Positions 1 to 12,959 are shown, counted from the first letter of the stretch. The stretch is 64,000 nt of DNA from Camelus dromedarius (GCF_036321535.1 NC_087437.1:54562001-54626000); one strand, 5' to 3'. Notes: generated by a model from the letters alone, not told the origin. Made by a program: numbers and translations.

Positions 1-109
1 TTTTATTCAGCACTGTGTTCTACTCTAAGACTCCTTCTTGTCTCTTTCTCTCTCGCTCTCGCTTGCTCTCTGTTTCAAGTGTATGAACTCCAGATTTCTA
101 TTTCAATCT

Positions 110-440
110 TGCATAATTCCTAGTGCTATGCAATTATTTTGATGCTCAAATTGTCCCAGATTATTCCAGTGGGAGTCCCTTCAAGCAAAAATTCTGGGTC
201 CTTGTGGTATGTCCCCATCTTTGTTGTTGTTAGTACTTACTCATCTCCTGGGATAAAAAGATGTCCTAGTTTGATCTTGTATCTTTTCTGCCTGAGCCTG
301 AAATCAATCATTTCTTCAATATGTCCTGGTTCTTTTTAGTGGAGGATGGTATTAAGGACCAGTATTTGAGTACTAGGTGTGCTCATGGCTCCCGTGGTGC
401 CTTTGATCATAGGCTCTTTCAGTGGCCAGAGCCGAGAAAT
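110..440 (-). mobile_element. Ancient L1 3' UTR fragment (L1MC4/L1MC5-like)
   Basis: Contains 'ttgatgctcaaattgtcccaga...ccagtgggagtcccttcaagc...cctggttctttttagtggaggatggtatt...taggtgtgctcat', resembling the recalled antisense L1MC 3' end. Confidence 0.75.
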
Positions 441-657
441 TTTACACATGAAAGTACATAGGCATATGCGTGTATATATAAAACAGCTTCATATACATAT
501 ACTTGTACTATATGGATGTGTATACATATATGTATAGGCAAATAATAATAATGATGGTAATTATTATTATTATTATCATACACTCCCCAAAACAGACCTT
601 CTAAAAGGAGTTCAAGGTTTGCTTGTGATCCTCTCCCCCAACCAACCTCACTGTTTT

Positions 658-695
658 TTTTTAATTGACGTATAGTTGATTTACAGTGTTGTGTT
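658..695 (-). mobile_element. Extremely 5'-truncated lineage-specific L1 (38 nt) with TSD
   Basis: Poly-T followed by 'aattgacgtatagttgatttacagtgttgtgtt', the same terminal motif as the L1 at 41793-42304. Flanked by direct repeat tcactgtttt at 648-657 and 696-705. Confidence 0.8.
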
Positions 696-764
696 TCACT
701 GTTTTCTTGATTATCCTTCCTGTGTTTCTCATATTTCTTTTTTTCCTTAAACAAAAGGTAACAT

Positions 765-1000
765 ACTATATATATATATGTCTATATATACACACACACA
801 CATATATATTCTTCTGTACTTTGCTTTTTGAGAATTCTTTCTCTCTTCCTCCCTCTTTCTTTAGAACATCCTTCTTTCCTTCATTCCTTCCTTCTGTCTT
901 TCTCTCTCTCTTTCTCCATCTCTTTCCTTCCTTCCTTTTTTCCATCTTTCTGCCTTCCCTTCTTTCCCTTTTTCTTTCTCTCTATCTGTCTATCTCTTTT
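765..1000. repeat. (TA)n/(CA)n run followed by a CT-rich low-complexity tract
   Basis: Directly visible. Explains the F/S/L-rich ORFs at 686-1048 and 828-1010. Confidence 0.9.
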
Positions 1001-1019
1001 ATACAACTGATCTCCTATA

Positions 1020-1800
1020 CTGGATGGTTGAGTAGTTTACTGCAATGAATAATATTATGCACATTTATTTTCATATTGTTGGAGGTGTATCTTCAGGCTG
1101 TATTCTTAGAAGTGGGAATGCAGGGTCAAAGGCAAATGTTTTGTTAGGTAAGCAGGGCCCTATTCCTCTCCATGGGGTGTCACGCCAGCATCCTCAACCT
1201 TTGAGTGTACTGCTTAGTTTTTGGATTGCTGCCAATGTGATGGGTGAGAAATGATATCTCAGTGTAGTTTCAATTTGCATATATCCTCTTACGAATGGAA
1301 TTGAGTATCTTTTCATGTGCTTAAAGACCATATTTGTTAATTTTATAAACTTAATATTCTGTCCATATCTTTTGCTCATTTTTTCCATTTGAATTTTGGT
1401 CTTTTTTCCCTTAAAAAAACCCCTGTAAATTAGCCTTTAATTTATGAAATATATTATAAATATTTTCTCCCAATGTATTTGATTTTTGACTTTGTTTACA
1501 GTGCTTTTCTTTCTTTGTCATGATAAAAGGCAACATTTATTTTTATATAGACACATTTAACAATCTATTCTTTTATTGCTTCTCTTCTTTGATCATAGTT
1601 AGAAAGCATTTCCTGACACCATGTCACTCGTGTTACCTTCTATACCTGTATGGTTTCATTTTTTATATCTAGATCTCTGATTCATTTGCAGTTTATTCTT
1701 GTATATGATGTGATGAATGGATGTAATTTTATCTTTATCCAAATGGCCATCTAGTGTCCCAACATCAGTTAGTGAGAAAATTCTTTGACTCTGTGATTTG
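1020..1800 (-). mobile_element. Ancient L1 (L1M/L1ME) ORF2 3' remnant
   Basis: Minus-strand translation 'KHMKRYSIPFVRGYMQIETTLRYHFSPITLAAIQK' (within ORF 1194-1388) resembles the L1 ORF2 C-terminal motif [27 protein letters not shown]. The flanking sequence is T-rich antisense L1. Confidence 0.85.
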
Positions 1801-2589
1801 AGCTTTTTAATTTATACCATGACTGGTTGTGAAGGAGTGTGAATGATGGTAAACGGTGGAGTAGGGTGATTAGAGGAAATTTTGATTCTGGCTAGATAAT
1901 GACCGAGGGCAGATTGGAATCTAAATCTCCTTTCTACCCAGAACACTTGACCTTTTATACGTCAACCTCCTTAACCCATTGTTCCTGTCAATAAATTGCC
2001 TAACGTATTTAACAGGAAAGATACTTAAAGCAGAAAAGGGGTTTAGGCATTATCTGTGCCCTGCTTCTTCTCAGTGATCTGTAACCACTCCTCCTCCCTG
2101 AAATAGATTAGGAGAGCGTGGCGTGCACTTTTTTGTGCGCACCTGTTACTCTGTGTCAGTCTCTAGCAGCTGGTCACACGCTGATTACTCACTGTGCCCT
2201 CTTCTGCCAACTGCCCACGTTTCAGTGGCTCCTCTGTTTGTAGCCCACAGCCACATTGGATGAGATGGGACTCCTGAAATTTGGGGTTTTGAGGGGCTGG
2301 CTTTCCAGCTCCATAATTCTCTAGCAAGTTGGAAAATACACCAAAGTCTCTTTTTTCCCCTTAGATTTTGGGGAATGAAGAATTCCAAATAACTTAAGTT
2401 TCATACCTTCAAGAGTCAACTTTTAAAAATTTGTTAATTTTTATAGAAAGTATAATAAACTTCCCTGTCTTTTTAAAAAAAAGAACTCACCTGGTAATTC
2501 AGTTTTGATGGCACAGCCGTTATTGTGCATTTTGCAAGCTGAGTTCCACTCAGTGTTAGCTTTCTTTGATCTGTTGATCGGTATTCCAT

Positions 2590-2720
2590 GAAAAGGGGAA
2601 TTTTGTGGTCAAAACCTATTTGGGAAATGCCAGCTTATGCATATTTAGATATATTTCTTTGCTATAGGATGTCTCAGAGCTCTTAGTATGAATTTATCCA
2701 ATTTATTTAATCAGGAACAA
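2590..2720. mobile_element. hAT-Charlie MITE fragment (MER112-like)
   Basis: 'gtggtcaaaacctatttgggaaatgc...tttctttgctataggatgtctcagagctctt...ttatttaatcaggaac' resembles recalled MER112. Confidence 0.5.
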
Positions 2721-2874
2721 ATCTCTGTCTCCCACCCCAACCCATTAACACCCAATTGATAGCTTTGATACTTTGATGTGCCCGGTCAAGTTTATTGGGG
2801 CTGCAGTGTTGTATTATATAGTACTAGGATCCATATCCACTTCTTGGTTTTATTGCTTGCTCCTAATTCTTCTT

Positions 2875-2980
2875 AACTTACTCTCTGTGAAGGCAGGAAC
2901 TGTACCTGTTTTACTTATTACTGTGGTACAAACACCTGTGGTGCCTCGAGTATAGTAGGTGGTCATTTAGTATTTCTGAG
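2875..2980 (+). mobile_element. L2 3' end
   Basis: 'ctgtgaaggcaggaactgtacctg...gtgcctcgagtatagtaggtggtcatttagtattt' matches the L2 terminal pattern. Confidence 0.65.
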
Positions 2981-3058
2981 CTTGACGTGGTCAGCGCTCA
3001 CTGACCTTGCACCAGTGTTTCTGGTTTGGTTCCTTTTCCAAATGTATGTGTTTTTTAA

Positions 3059-3171
3059 AAAGAATTTTAAAAATTATTTCTTTATTGAAGTATAGGTGAT
3101 TTACAATGTTGTATTAGTTTCTGGGGTACAGCATAGTGATTCAGTTATACATATATATGTTCTTTTTCATT
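3059..3171 (-). mobile_element. 5'-truncated lineage-specific L1 with degenerate TSD
   Basis: 'ttattgaagtataggtgatttacaatgttgtattagtttctggggtacagcatagtgattcagttataca'. Flanks are aaatgtatgtgtttttt (from 3040) and aaatgtgtatgttttt (from 3172). Confidence 0.85.
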
Positions 3172-3809
3172 AAATGTGTATGTTTTTAATAGCAGTTTCT
3201 TTCTTTTTGCTCTTAACAATCAGATAAACATTTGCAAAGAATTGTGTGTATAACTTCCTGGGCTCTCTAGAGGCATAAAGCTTAATCATGAATCATTATT
3301 ACATAAATGATTTAATCATTGCTGGTTGTCACCCAGGAACAGGCACATAGAATTGCCCCTGGGAGAAGCAGCTACTTTATAAGGTAATGCCTGCACTTGG
3401 GAGCTCTGCCCTCCTGCCTTTTCAGTTTAGGACTCATACTGGAAACCACTGTTGGTTTTCTCTGTCTCATGCATCTTCTATGTTTGAATAGCTTTTCTGG
3501 TCAGCAGCCACTCTGATGTACTCTAGGTTTAGCTGCTCTGAAAGATGACCACCTGTCTCTTGGAACTTGTCCAGTCTTCCCTGCACCCCATCTCCCATCC
3601 CAATCAGGATCTTACAAAGGATCCAGTATTTTAGGTTAGTTGGTATTAACCATAAATGTGTGCTTATATGCATACATACATACACACACACATCTGAGTG
3701 AGGGGGCTGAGGTGTCAAATATCTAGGTTGAATACAAAAGCTCTTCAGGAGCTCAGAATTCTGAGCTATTAGTGTCCTTTATTTTCAACATTATATTGGT
3801 GCTCCTTTT

Positions 3810-4060
3810 GAATATACAAGTAATTAACATTCACTGTAGAACATTTGGAAAACATAGGAAAGTATAAGGAACGAAATCTAGATTGTCTGTAATCCTATTA
3901 CCCGAAAATACGTTATAGTGAATAATGTTCTATCCTGTGTGTGTGTGTGTGTACCTGTGTACACTGCAGACTGCTGTTCTGAGGCTTGCTTTTTAAACCA
4001 GTCCTCCATTGTTAAATATATCCTGTACTTTTAACATTAAAATTAGCATTTATAATATTT
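3810..4060 (-). mobile_element. Ancient L1ME 3' end fragment
   Basis: 'aagtaattaacattcactgtagaacatttggaaaacataggaaagtataagg...aatcctattaccc', an L1ME3/4-like terminus. Similar remnants occur at about 9790-9870, 11120-11560 and 11960-12080. Confidence 0.55.
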
Positions 4061-5374
4061 ATGTATTGCAGTGTTGAACAGTTAACCTTTGCTTAGTGCC
4101 TACAAGGCAAATCATTGTGCTCCACGAGTCAACGGTTCTATTTTGATTCCCCTTCGTACTTCCAGGAGCCACTGCACTGCCCACCTGATTTCTGCTCAGT
4201 AAATGTCTGAAGAATTTAAGTGCCTAGACATTAAACTAGAACTGGATCTGCCCACCTTTTCTTCAGAAGTTAAACTCCACACATGATGTGTTCCAAAACC
4301 ACAGGAGAAGGTGAGAGCCAGGACAGATGAAGCCGCCCTTATAAGGACAAGATGAGCTCAGAAAGGTTGTACCACTCCAGTAGGTGTTACTTCTGGTGAT
4401 TTGAGAGTGTTGGCCGGTTATGAGACAGAGCCTCAATCTGTTGTGTGGTCAGCACAGTTGTATGTGGTCCTCAGCATATTAGGTCCGGAACCTCCCACCA
4501 CCTTTTTGTAAACCAGTGACTCAAGGCTTCAGTCATGGGACGGGGAGGAAACTGCCATCAGGCAGATGCGCAAAGCAGCCCAGGATGAACCCAGTGCGGT
4601 TTTCATACATGCCTGGGAGTGGGAGCTTTGCATTGTCTTGCCGGTGTCTGTGCTCTCCCTTGGGTGCTGTGGGGATGGGATTGGTTGTGAGAAGCACCAC
4701 GTGGTGAAGGAAGAATCAGAGTCAAGCATTTGGAGGATCTCAAGGAAAATGAATATTTGCTGCTTGGCAGGCATCTTCCTCTCTGGGGCCCCAACAAGCT
4801 TATGCCCACTAGGCACAGTGGATAGAATCCCTTCCGCACCTCTGCTCAGGTGGAAGATGTGGCCTGTGTAGGTGAATGACCAAAAACTGCCCAGGACAAC
4901 CGTTACTGAAGGATCATCACCTTCCTGGAGCGTAACCTCCCAGCAGGACCTCTAAGAGAAATTGATACCTAAATATTTAGATCCAGGGAGGCTTCTCTTT
5001 CTCAGCCACACTCACCAGACGGAGCAGTGTCTCTCTCTCTTCTGGGTTGTGCTCGACAAACACAGTTAAACCCTCACATCCCGACTCAGCCCCACTTCAT
5101 ACTAGGGAGGTTATAAAATCTTTGAGGGGCTTACTTCAGTGTTGTTCCTGTCATGGCTTCTTGGGAAGGTACCCTCCGCCTTGATGGAGCTGTGAAAAGC
5201 ATCTTGGTTGTTTCAGCAACAAGATTAAGAACCATTTTGTAGAACCATTTCGCTGAACTCGTGTACTGGGCCTGTGAATGAGCACTGAGCAAGGAGAATA
5301 CAGAATGCTGTATCCACAGCGGGGGCCTGTGCTCGATGCTGCCATAGACAGCTCATACAGTCTTTGCAATGCCT

Positions 5375-5480
5375 GCTGAACAGATGAGGAAACTGAGGCT
5401 CAGATGTTTTATGTTGTTCTCGCAGGCCACAGAGGTAGTAGTCACAGAACTGAGACGCAGAACCAGCCGCGGAAAGCCAT
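5375..5480. mobile_element. MIR SINE fragment
   Basis: MIR core 'acagatgaggaaactgaggctcaga'. Confidence 0.75.
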
Positions 5481-8374
5481 GAAATTTGTGACTGTTCCTG
5501 TCCCTGCCACTCGACACTTCATTGCAGAGCATTCCTGTTTCTCTGAGCTAGTTCATAGGTTCTGGATGTGCTGTCTTAACATGCCACCCCCTCCAACACA
5601 GACTCCGTGCCAGACCTCTGTGAACGTGTGATGGTTAGTTGTGTACATATTTGTCTCCTGTGCTGAGTCGGGAGTTCTAGGTATCTTACTTAGTGTATAT
5701 CTGATTCATGGCAGGCTTTCCATACATATATATTGAAAACTCTAGTTTTTGCTCCATGTTATGTTTCCACATTAAAACACTAAAAATCTAGAAGTGCCAT
5801 CTTAGAATTAGGCAACTCAGTTGCCTTTAAGGATGCACTGACTTTGGTTTTCGCTTTATTTGGTGTAAAGATGCTCGTTGGCATAGATCTCTGCTTCAGC
5901 CCTTGGAATGGTAAGGGAGCCAGATGCCCACTTTATTAACATTTTGGGCATCTCTGAGTTTGTGCAGGAAGTGACCGAGTGCTGACATCACTCAGGTTAC
6001 TGTCATATCAGCATAAAACCATTCGTAATATGAACAAACATGTATTTCAGATTTGTTGTTTATAACCAGATATTACTTTCCAGTTAATACCTAGACAATT
6101 AAGTTAATTTCCAGATTAAATAACTTTCAAATGTAGGAGAAACTTTTACGTGTAATTTGTGGTGAAAAGTCTTCTAAAAGTTATTTATACCTTGAAATTT
6201 TACAAATAAATTGAAATATAAAGGTATCTATAAGAGCAAATTGCAACAGTATTTAATGATGACTGTGAACGCTATTAAATTTATGGGTCAAACAATTATT
6301 AAGAACTTTAAAATAGTTAAACAACGAAGGAAATAAATTGATAGTAAACACTAGTTTTAGATTAGTTAAATATTATTTAATAGAGTACATTAGCTAGATA
6401 ACTTTGGGAAGAACATCATATCCTTTCTTAGCTAATAAGTGTTTATAAAAATATAAATTATAATAGAGGCATTATCGTGAGATTAAATTATATCATAATT
6501 CTAATCATTGTAGGATTGGTTGATGAATGCACTTATCATTTAAAAAAATGACTATTAGAGACTGTTTTTAAGCTTTAGTATTTAATTTTACTTAAGGCCA
6601 TGAATCTTTCCAGAAAAGTCCTATTTAAGAATTAATTTTTTAAAGATAAAAGTAGATTGCCAGCTTTATCCCCTCAACATTTTATGATCAGGAAAACTTC
6701 CAAAATCATGCACAACAAATCATTGATAAATTCTCTTCAACACAGAGCAATTTCGTATTTATTCTTGTGTAAAGGAAGTTCAGATGATGATGCTAATAGA
6801 TTTTAGCCTCAGCTTTGGCTTAATATTGATTTTAATAGCCAACTATTTGGTATTTGACCCAAATGGGTAATGGGTACAAATCTTCTTTTAATGGATTTTT
6901 ATGCTTTTGTACTGGGAGGCAACATGTAGGTATCTCCAGGTCAGACTGGCACAAATCCCTCACATGTATCTACCATAAATTTGTTTATAAGTGGTTTCCA
7001 TGGTCACCATCCACTAATTCTCCAGTGATCCTTAAGGAAGTCAGGGAGTACCATCTTATTATAGAGAGGGAACCCGTGGCTCAGAGAAGTGGAGGCATTA
7101 GTTGTGCAGGTGGTGGTGGAGCCTGCGCATTTGACCCCCATCTCCATCCCCTTCCTTGGAATCCCCCAGACCTGGGTTTTAGACCTGCCTCTAGCATTGT
7201 CCCTGGCACACATAGAGTAAGACGTTTAATTTCCAAACTGCCTGTCTTATGAGAAGAAGTGTTGGTAAACTCATTAACTCGGGTGTTTTTATAGTTCTAT
7301 TCTGACCGTCAGTGGCCTCGAAGTTTAATTAAAATTGAAATTGACCACCTTGTTGAGGTCGGTCATGCTCCCCACGTGCTGTGTGTCCCCAGCCAGCCTT
7401 GGTTTCCTCTCTTACCTGCACAGTAAGGCTGATGGTCATATCAACTCCAGAGACCTTTTCAGCTTTGCATTCTTTTGTGGGACAAGGGCTGAACAGAGGA
7501 AAGGCAAGTCCCAATGCCTGCTGGGGTCCAGGCCACCTGGTAATCTCTGTCAGGTACAACTGAGGGCGATAAATGAACATCTAGGTTTAAACAGACTACT
7601 TTTCAGTTAGCACTGGAAGTGTAAATAATACTTCTTCCTGGCCTATGAGATGAAAGTGGTTGTCTACCTCATATAGTTCTCATTTTTGTCTTCAGTTCAC
7701 GGTGAGGTCATGGAGTGCAATTTTGGTGCCATTTCAGGTTGGTTTTTTTGCTCAGTCTTGATGGTAATGATGTATTTGCTCTCGTTTAGTGAGCATCCAG
7801 TATGTACCAGAGTATGTCCACTCATCATTCTTAATCTTAGAAGAAAAACAACATGCAAGGCATATATTCTAATTTCCACTTCTCAATAAGGAAATGCAGG
7901 ATCAGAGAGATGCTTAAGTTCACGTAGAAAATGGAAGAGTCAGCATTTACCTAATTGCGAAGCCTGTACCCACCCTACGTAAACTTGCACACTGCCCGGC
8001 GTTGAAGGCTGGGAACAGAGATGCACACACACTCCTCCTTCCCCCTGGCCTGTGACAGTGGTGGGTAGGACTTTGCAAGGGGCAGTGCTGGCTCCTGCTG
8101 CCCCGATGTCCCTGACTTGTGTTTTGATGCGTGGACACGCCTTCTTTGGTTACATGACGCCGATGACCTTCTCGTGGCATCTGTGGACAGACCCAAGGGA
8201 AGCTGACAGCCTGCTATGAAGAGCGCACCCCGGACTCCCCAGCCAGAGGGAAAGAGGCCCTGAAGAGGAGCCGGTGCGTGATTAGGGGTTACTGTGCTGC
8301 TTGAGCTGAATGGTCAGCCTGTTCTTCTTTTATTTGCTGTCTTGCTCTCCTTTGAACATTTTATCCAAACTTTC

Positions 8375-8550
8375 AGCAGTGACTTTCAGTCCTGACCACA
8401 CACTGAAATCACCCGGGGAGATGCTAATTATAGCCATGCCTGGGTTCCTCCTGTAGACATTTTGATTTGAATGGGCTGGGGTAGAGCCCTGAATATCAGC
8501 AATTAAAAAAAAAAATACTCCAGAGGATTTTAATGTCCCGCCAAAACCAA
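8375..8550. mobile_element. MER5-family hAT-Charlie MITE
   Basis: 'cagtgactttcagtcctgacc...aatcacccggggag...atgcctgggttcc...gggctggggtagagccctgaatatcagcaattaaaaa...ccagaggattttaatgt'. Confidence 0.65.
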
Positions 8551-9089
8551 TGCTTCAGGGGCAGAAAAGCCCTCTCTCCACTCCTTCGTTGATGTGGTAT
8601 GTTTTCTTCTGACCCCAGTGAACCTGCAATCTTATGATATTCTCACTCCATTGAGAGGTAGAATTTACTCACCAAAAGCATTCTTGCTTTTTTGAGGCGG
8701 CTTAGGCTGCGGAGAGGGTGTTACAGGAATGGACACAGATGCTGAAGTCAGGGGCCTTAGAGGACAGGAAGGAGCCACGTTGGATTGGATCACTGGGAAG
8801 AATCAGAAGCTAGAGCCATGACTTTTGCCCTCTTCCCTCCTGACGCATCCTCCCTGCCCCCACCAGATGTTCAGCATTGAAGGAATGCGTTTCTGCTGGT
8901 GGGGGCTTCACAGTCATTTCCAGCAATTTTACTCCTGAACCTCGTGTGGCTTATTTACACTAGCTTGGATGTACGTTTGTAGCCTCTTTACTTTTTGTTT
9001 ATCGATTTAATTTTCTACTGCATGTAGAAGAATGGCTTCAATTGAGACATCACCGTGCACACAGTCCACCTACAGAGGCACTCCGCCTT

Positions 9090-9535
9090 GCTCCAGAGGA
9101 AGTACACCCAGACTCCCAGCCTGGCCTTCAGCGTTCTCTCCATCATCTGACGCCAGTCTTTCTCTCCAGAATTCAGGCCACTCTTTACTGTCCTTGGGCT
9201 CCAGCCAGCTGAACTGTGCCCTGGACCAGGAACTGCCTGATCCGTGCCCTTGTTCCTGTCTCGTCCTGCTGAAACATTACCTCGGTCCTGAAGCCCCGTC
9301 CCTCATCCCAGCGGCCAGAAATAACCATTTCTTTCCTAGAACCCCACACTGCTTTGAGTGAGAACACTTTTAGAATTTATCACATTGTACCTTGAGCTAT
9401 TCTTATTTATGCGGGTGTCTCATTCTCCCTCTCTGTTAGCTTCTGGAGGGTGAGGCAGCCTCTCAACTTTGATGTCTCCTGCCATGCCAAGAATGTTGGA
9501 GGCATTCCTGAAATGTTTTTTGAATAAATGTGTGA
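9090..9535 (+). mobile_element. L2 (L2a-like) 3' region
   Basis: 'cccagactcccagcctggccttc...' running to the terminal 'aaatgttttttgaataaatg'. Confidence 0.65.
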
Positions 9536-9755
9536 CTTTGAGTTCGGCTCAGCAGTTGTCCAAAATTAACCTCCTGAGATGTTGGTAGCTTTGGTGAGCA
9601 TTTGGAGAGGTCTGCCGTGATGGAGTGAAATCCGGTGACCTAGTTACAGAAGATCCCCTGCAGGCTCCCTGGTGAGGAAGGCTCATGTTTAAACTCTGTG
9701 AAAGAAGAGCCTGGCTTATTTATGGTGGTGGTTGTTTACATGTCTTTTAAAATGA

Positions 9756-9790
9756 CCCTCCCTCCCTCCCTCCCTCCCTTTTTTTTTTTA
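9756..9790. repeat. (CCCT)6 plus poly-T
   Basis: Directly visible. Confidence 0.9.
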
Positions 9791-11669
9791 AATGTATAAA
9801 AGCAGTACATTCTTATGCAGAAAATTCAGAAAATTTCAGAAGGTTAAAGAGGAAAATAAAAACCACCTCTAGACATAAGATTTCATTATATGAAGTTCAA
9901 GAGCAGACAGAATTAATTTATGTTTGTTGTCTGCGGGGGGACTGAATGGAAGAGAAAACAGGAGAACTGTTGAAGCATAGAATATTATGTCACGATTGTG
10001 CTGTTGGTAATGTGAGTCTATGAATTTGTCAAAATCCATCAAATTGTCCATATAAGATTTGTATTAGACTTTCTTTCTTTTTTTTTTTTTGAGCTGAAGG
10101 AATCCACCAAGTTTAAAACTGCTATTCTTTATTCTGTTGAGATTTATTTGAAAAAAAAATGACAGAAAAATACTAAATAATAAATAGCATGAAAGTACAC
10201 ATCATGGGAGAGAAGCTGGACTCTCAAAAGTTAGCCGAATGCTCATAATTTAGTGTACTAGACTTTATTTCTATAAAATATAATAAACCCTAGTATCGCA
10301 GGGAAAAAACCCACCTCTAATTTCTTCCCCTATTATGAATAAAACTCGTTTTATTTTAACAGTACGTGGTGATGTAGGGTGTTGTGCTTGGAGAAAGGAA
10401 TTTGCTTCCTTGTATTTTTAATAATGAGAGTCAAGGCTGGTGTGTCCCGAGAGTGAGCCATTTTGTATCATTATTATCAGTATCATCATCATCATCGTTG
10501 TCACTGAAGACAAACCAAAATAGATGTTGTCACCATCGCTATGGCCCCAAGAAGGACTTCATGGGCCACTCTATGATTAAGCACCTTATATTTTCAAAGT
10601 GCTTGTAGTTCTTTTTAGCAACTGTGCCTCAGCAACAGCTGTGTGAGGGAAGCCACGTCCCAGATGAAATCACTGGAGCCGGTGTTGGGAAAGACTTGCC
10701 TGGAGGATGACGCTGATGTCCTGGCCGGGAGCGGGCCAGGCGGCGGGCCTGGCTAAGGGCAGAGAAAGGCTGGAAGCGCCTCCTGCGAGAGGCCCTGGGG
10801 TGCTTGCGCCTTTACTGGAAGGTGCCCCATTCCTGCAGGACAGATACCTTAGCGTCCATTATCCTCACAGTACTTTTCACCCATAGTGATGGATTTCAGC
10901 TAATTAGGCAAAAAGAGGAGGAGGTGGTTTTGAAGACCGAGGGACCTTCTCTCACAGTGTATCATGTATACACCAGATATGGCTGTCGGGGCAGTAAGAT
11001 CTGTGTTTAGAAAGTGTGTTTGGGCAAATGTATGGGCTGCTGGGTGCATTTTTATTTTCATTTTTCCTTCTTTTCAGGTTTTATCTTGTTCTGTCTTATG
11101 TTTCAATAATTATATTATTGTTTTAGAAAATGTTATCTAAATGTTTCCTAGCACCGAAGAGAATTTGAACAATGCAGAAAAGTACGAAGAAGAGAATAGA
11201 AATCTCTCCAAATCCACTCTTCAGTGATAGTCACTGTTCAAGTGTTGGAAACGCCTGTTAAAGCCTCTTTCTCCTCTCTGTACAGATGTATATAAATGTA
11301 TATGTGTGTATGTGTAGATACACGCACACAAGTCATATTTACATGAATGACTGCATTTACACTTACATGAATAGCTGCAGGCTTTTCTACGATGTACCTT
11401 TTCACTCAACAAAACAGACTGAAAACATTTTAATTTCAGTAAATATAGACCTCTCAGACTCACAAAGTGTCATTTTCTTTAAGAATGGCAGTAATATTTC
11501 GTCTTCTTTGCATGTATATGTATATATACCTAGAATATATATATGTATATTTATGGCTTCATGATTTAAACATATTCTTCAGGTGTAATTGGATATTATC
11601 AGTTAGACCGCAGTAATAGTTCCAGGCAAGATCGTTCGTTACTTGAGGATGTATAGACTAACCATTTAG

Positions 11670-11805
11670 AACGGAGCTGGCACCGCGCTCGGTGCAGGGT
11701 TTAACAGGCGCGGGAGACGCTGCCTCTGCACTCCCGGGCGTGCCTGGCCAAAGCGCGCATGCGCTGCGGCGCACGCGCAGGGGGCGCAGAGACGGCGAGG
11801 ACGGT
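11670..11805. promoter_or_regulatory. Short CpG-dense patch with two NRF1 motifs and a CTCF-like motif
   Basis: About 20 CpG in about 135 nt. GCGCATGCGC at 11755-11764, GCGCACGCGC at 11769-11778, CGCGCAGGGGGCGC at 11774-11787. Confidence 0.65.
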
Positions 11806-12245
11806 TTCCATTCTGCTCTTCATTTACAAAAATTAGAAGCCTGCTCCCACACGGTTAGTGAGCTGCTTGGACTCTCCCGATATTCCCTGCAAGTATGATT
11901 CTGGTTATTAGTAACATTAATTAATAGTAAAATTAATTTTTAAAACAGTAGTTCTTTTTTTTCTTGGTGAAAGTAAACGTGCCTTCATGTTGTAAATTTA
12001 GAATGTAGAGGAAAGTATAAAAAGAAGACGAAAACCACGTGTAATCTCACCCTTGACAGGTAACTACTCTGACATTTTATTTGTGGAAGTCTGTTTGGTT
12101 CTGTGACTCCAGGTTTTTTACTGACTTCACCCTCCAGAATGTAGTTCCCCGCTCGACTTTATGTAACATTTTTAAAGGATTCAAGATTAAAAAAAAATAC
12201 CGCATTTCAACCAAAATGCACTTTCATCCCTTTTGACACCCCCCA

Positions 12246-12247
<2 letters not shown>

Positions 12248-12309
<62 letters not shown>
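12248..12309. repeat. Compound microsatellite (CT)n(CA)n
   Basis: Directly visible. Confidence 0.95.
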
Positions 12310-12311
<2 letters not shown>

Positions 12312-12339
12312 TACAGACACAGACACATATGCACATAAA

Positions 12340-12490
12340 GGATCATCAAGTTTGTTGAGAACCAACCTCTCATTTTACAGATAGAAAAACTGAGGACTAG
12401 AACTTGTCTAAGATCATGTAAAAACAGTGGCAATCAACCCTTTAGTCCAGGTCTCCTGAATTTTGGTCCAGCGCTCTTTCTGCTCTACAG
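12340..12490. mobile_element. MIR SINE
   Basis: 'caacctctcattttacagatagaaaaactgaggactaga...tccaggtctcctgaattttggtccagcgctcttt'. Confidence 0.75.
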
Positions 12491-12959
12491 GGATACCTCC
12501 TTACTAGGTCATAGAAGCAGTGGTGGAGAGGGAAAAGGAGAAACACGTCAGTTCTAAAGAGTGCAGTGTTTTTCCCCTGCCTCTTTTCGCTGAGCTATTT
12601 TTGTGACTATTCAGTGTACGCACAGTGCCACCCCTCAGAGCCATCCGGCTGGACCAGGAGGCCATTCACTGCTGACTGCAGCCATGCTGTCCCTCTGTGG
12701 CAGGCTCCTTGAAATCCTGGGCCCGGAGATGAGATGGGAACAGATTTTTTCAATATAGAAATCAAATTTCAGGGTCTGAGTGTACACAGAGACAAATTAC
12801 TGCACATCCTATTAAACTGTGTACATAACAATGAAACGGTGATAAATGAGTGTGTGACTGGCTGGGTGTGGGGCAGGAGGTGATGGGATTGATTCATCTT
12901 CATCTGTAATTCATTCATGAACTCCAATAAATTTATACACAAATGCAAATTATTCACTC

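Noticed and set aside
1135..1155. ttttgttag|gtaagc AG|GT junction
   Set aside because: It lies inside a decayed L1, with a short tract and no clear branch point.
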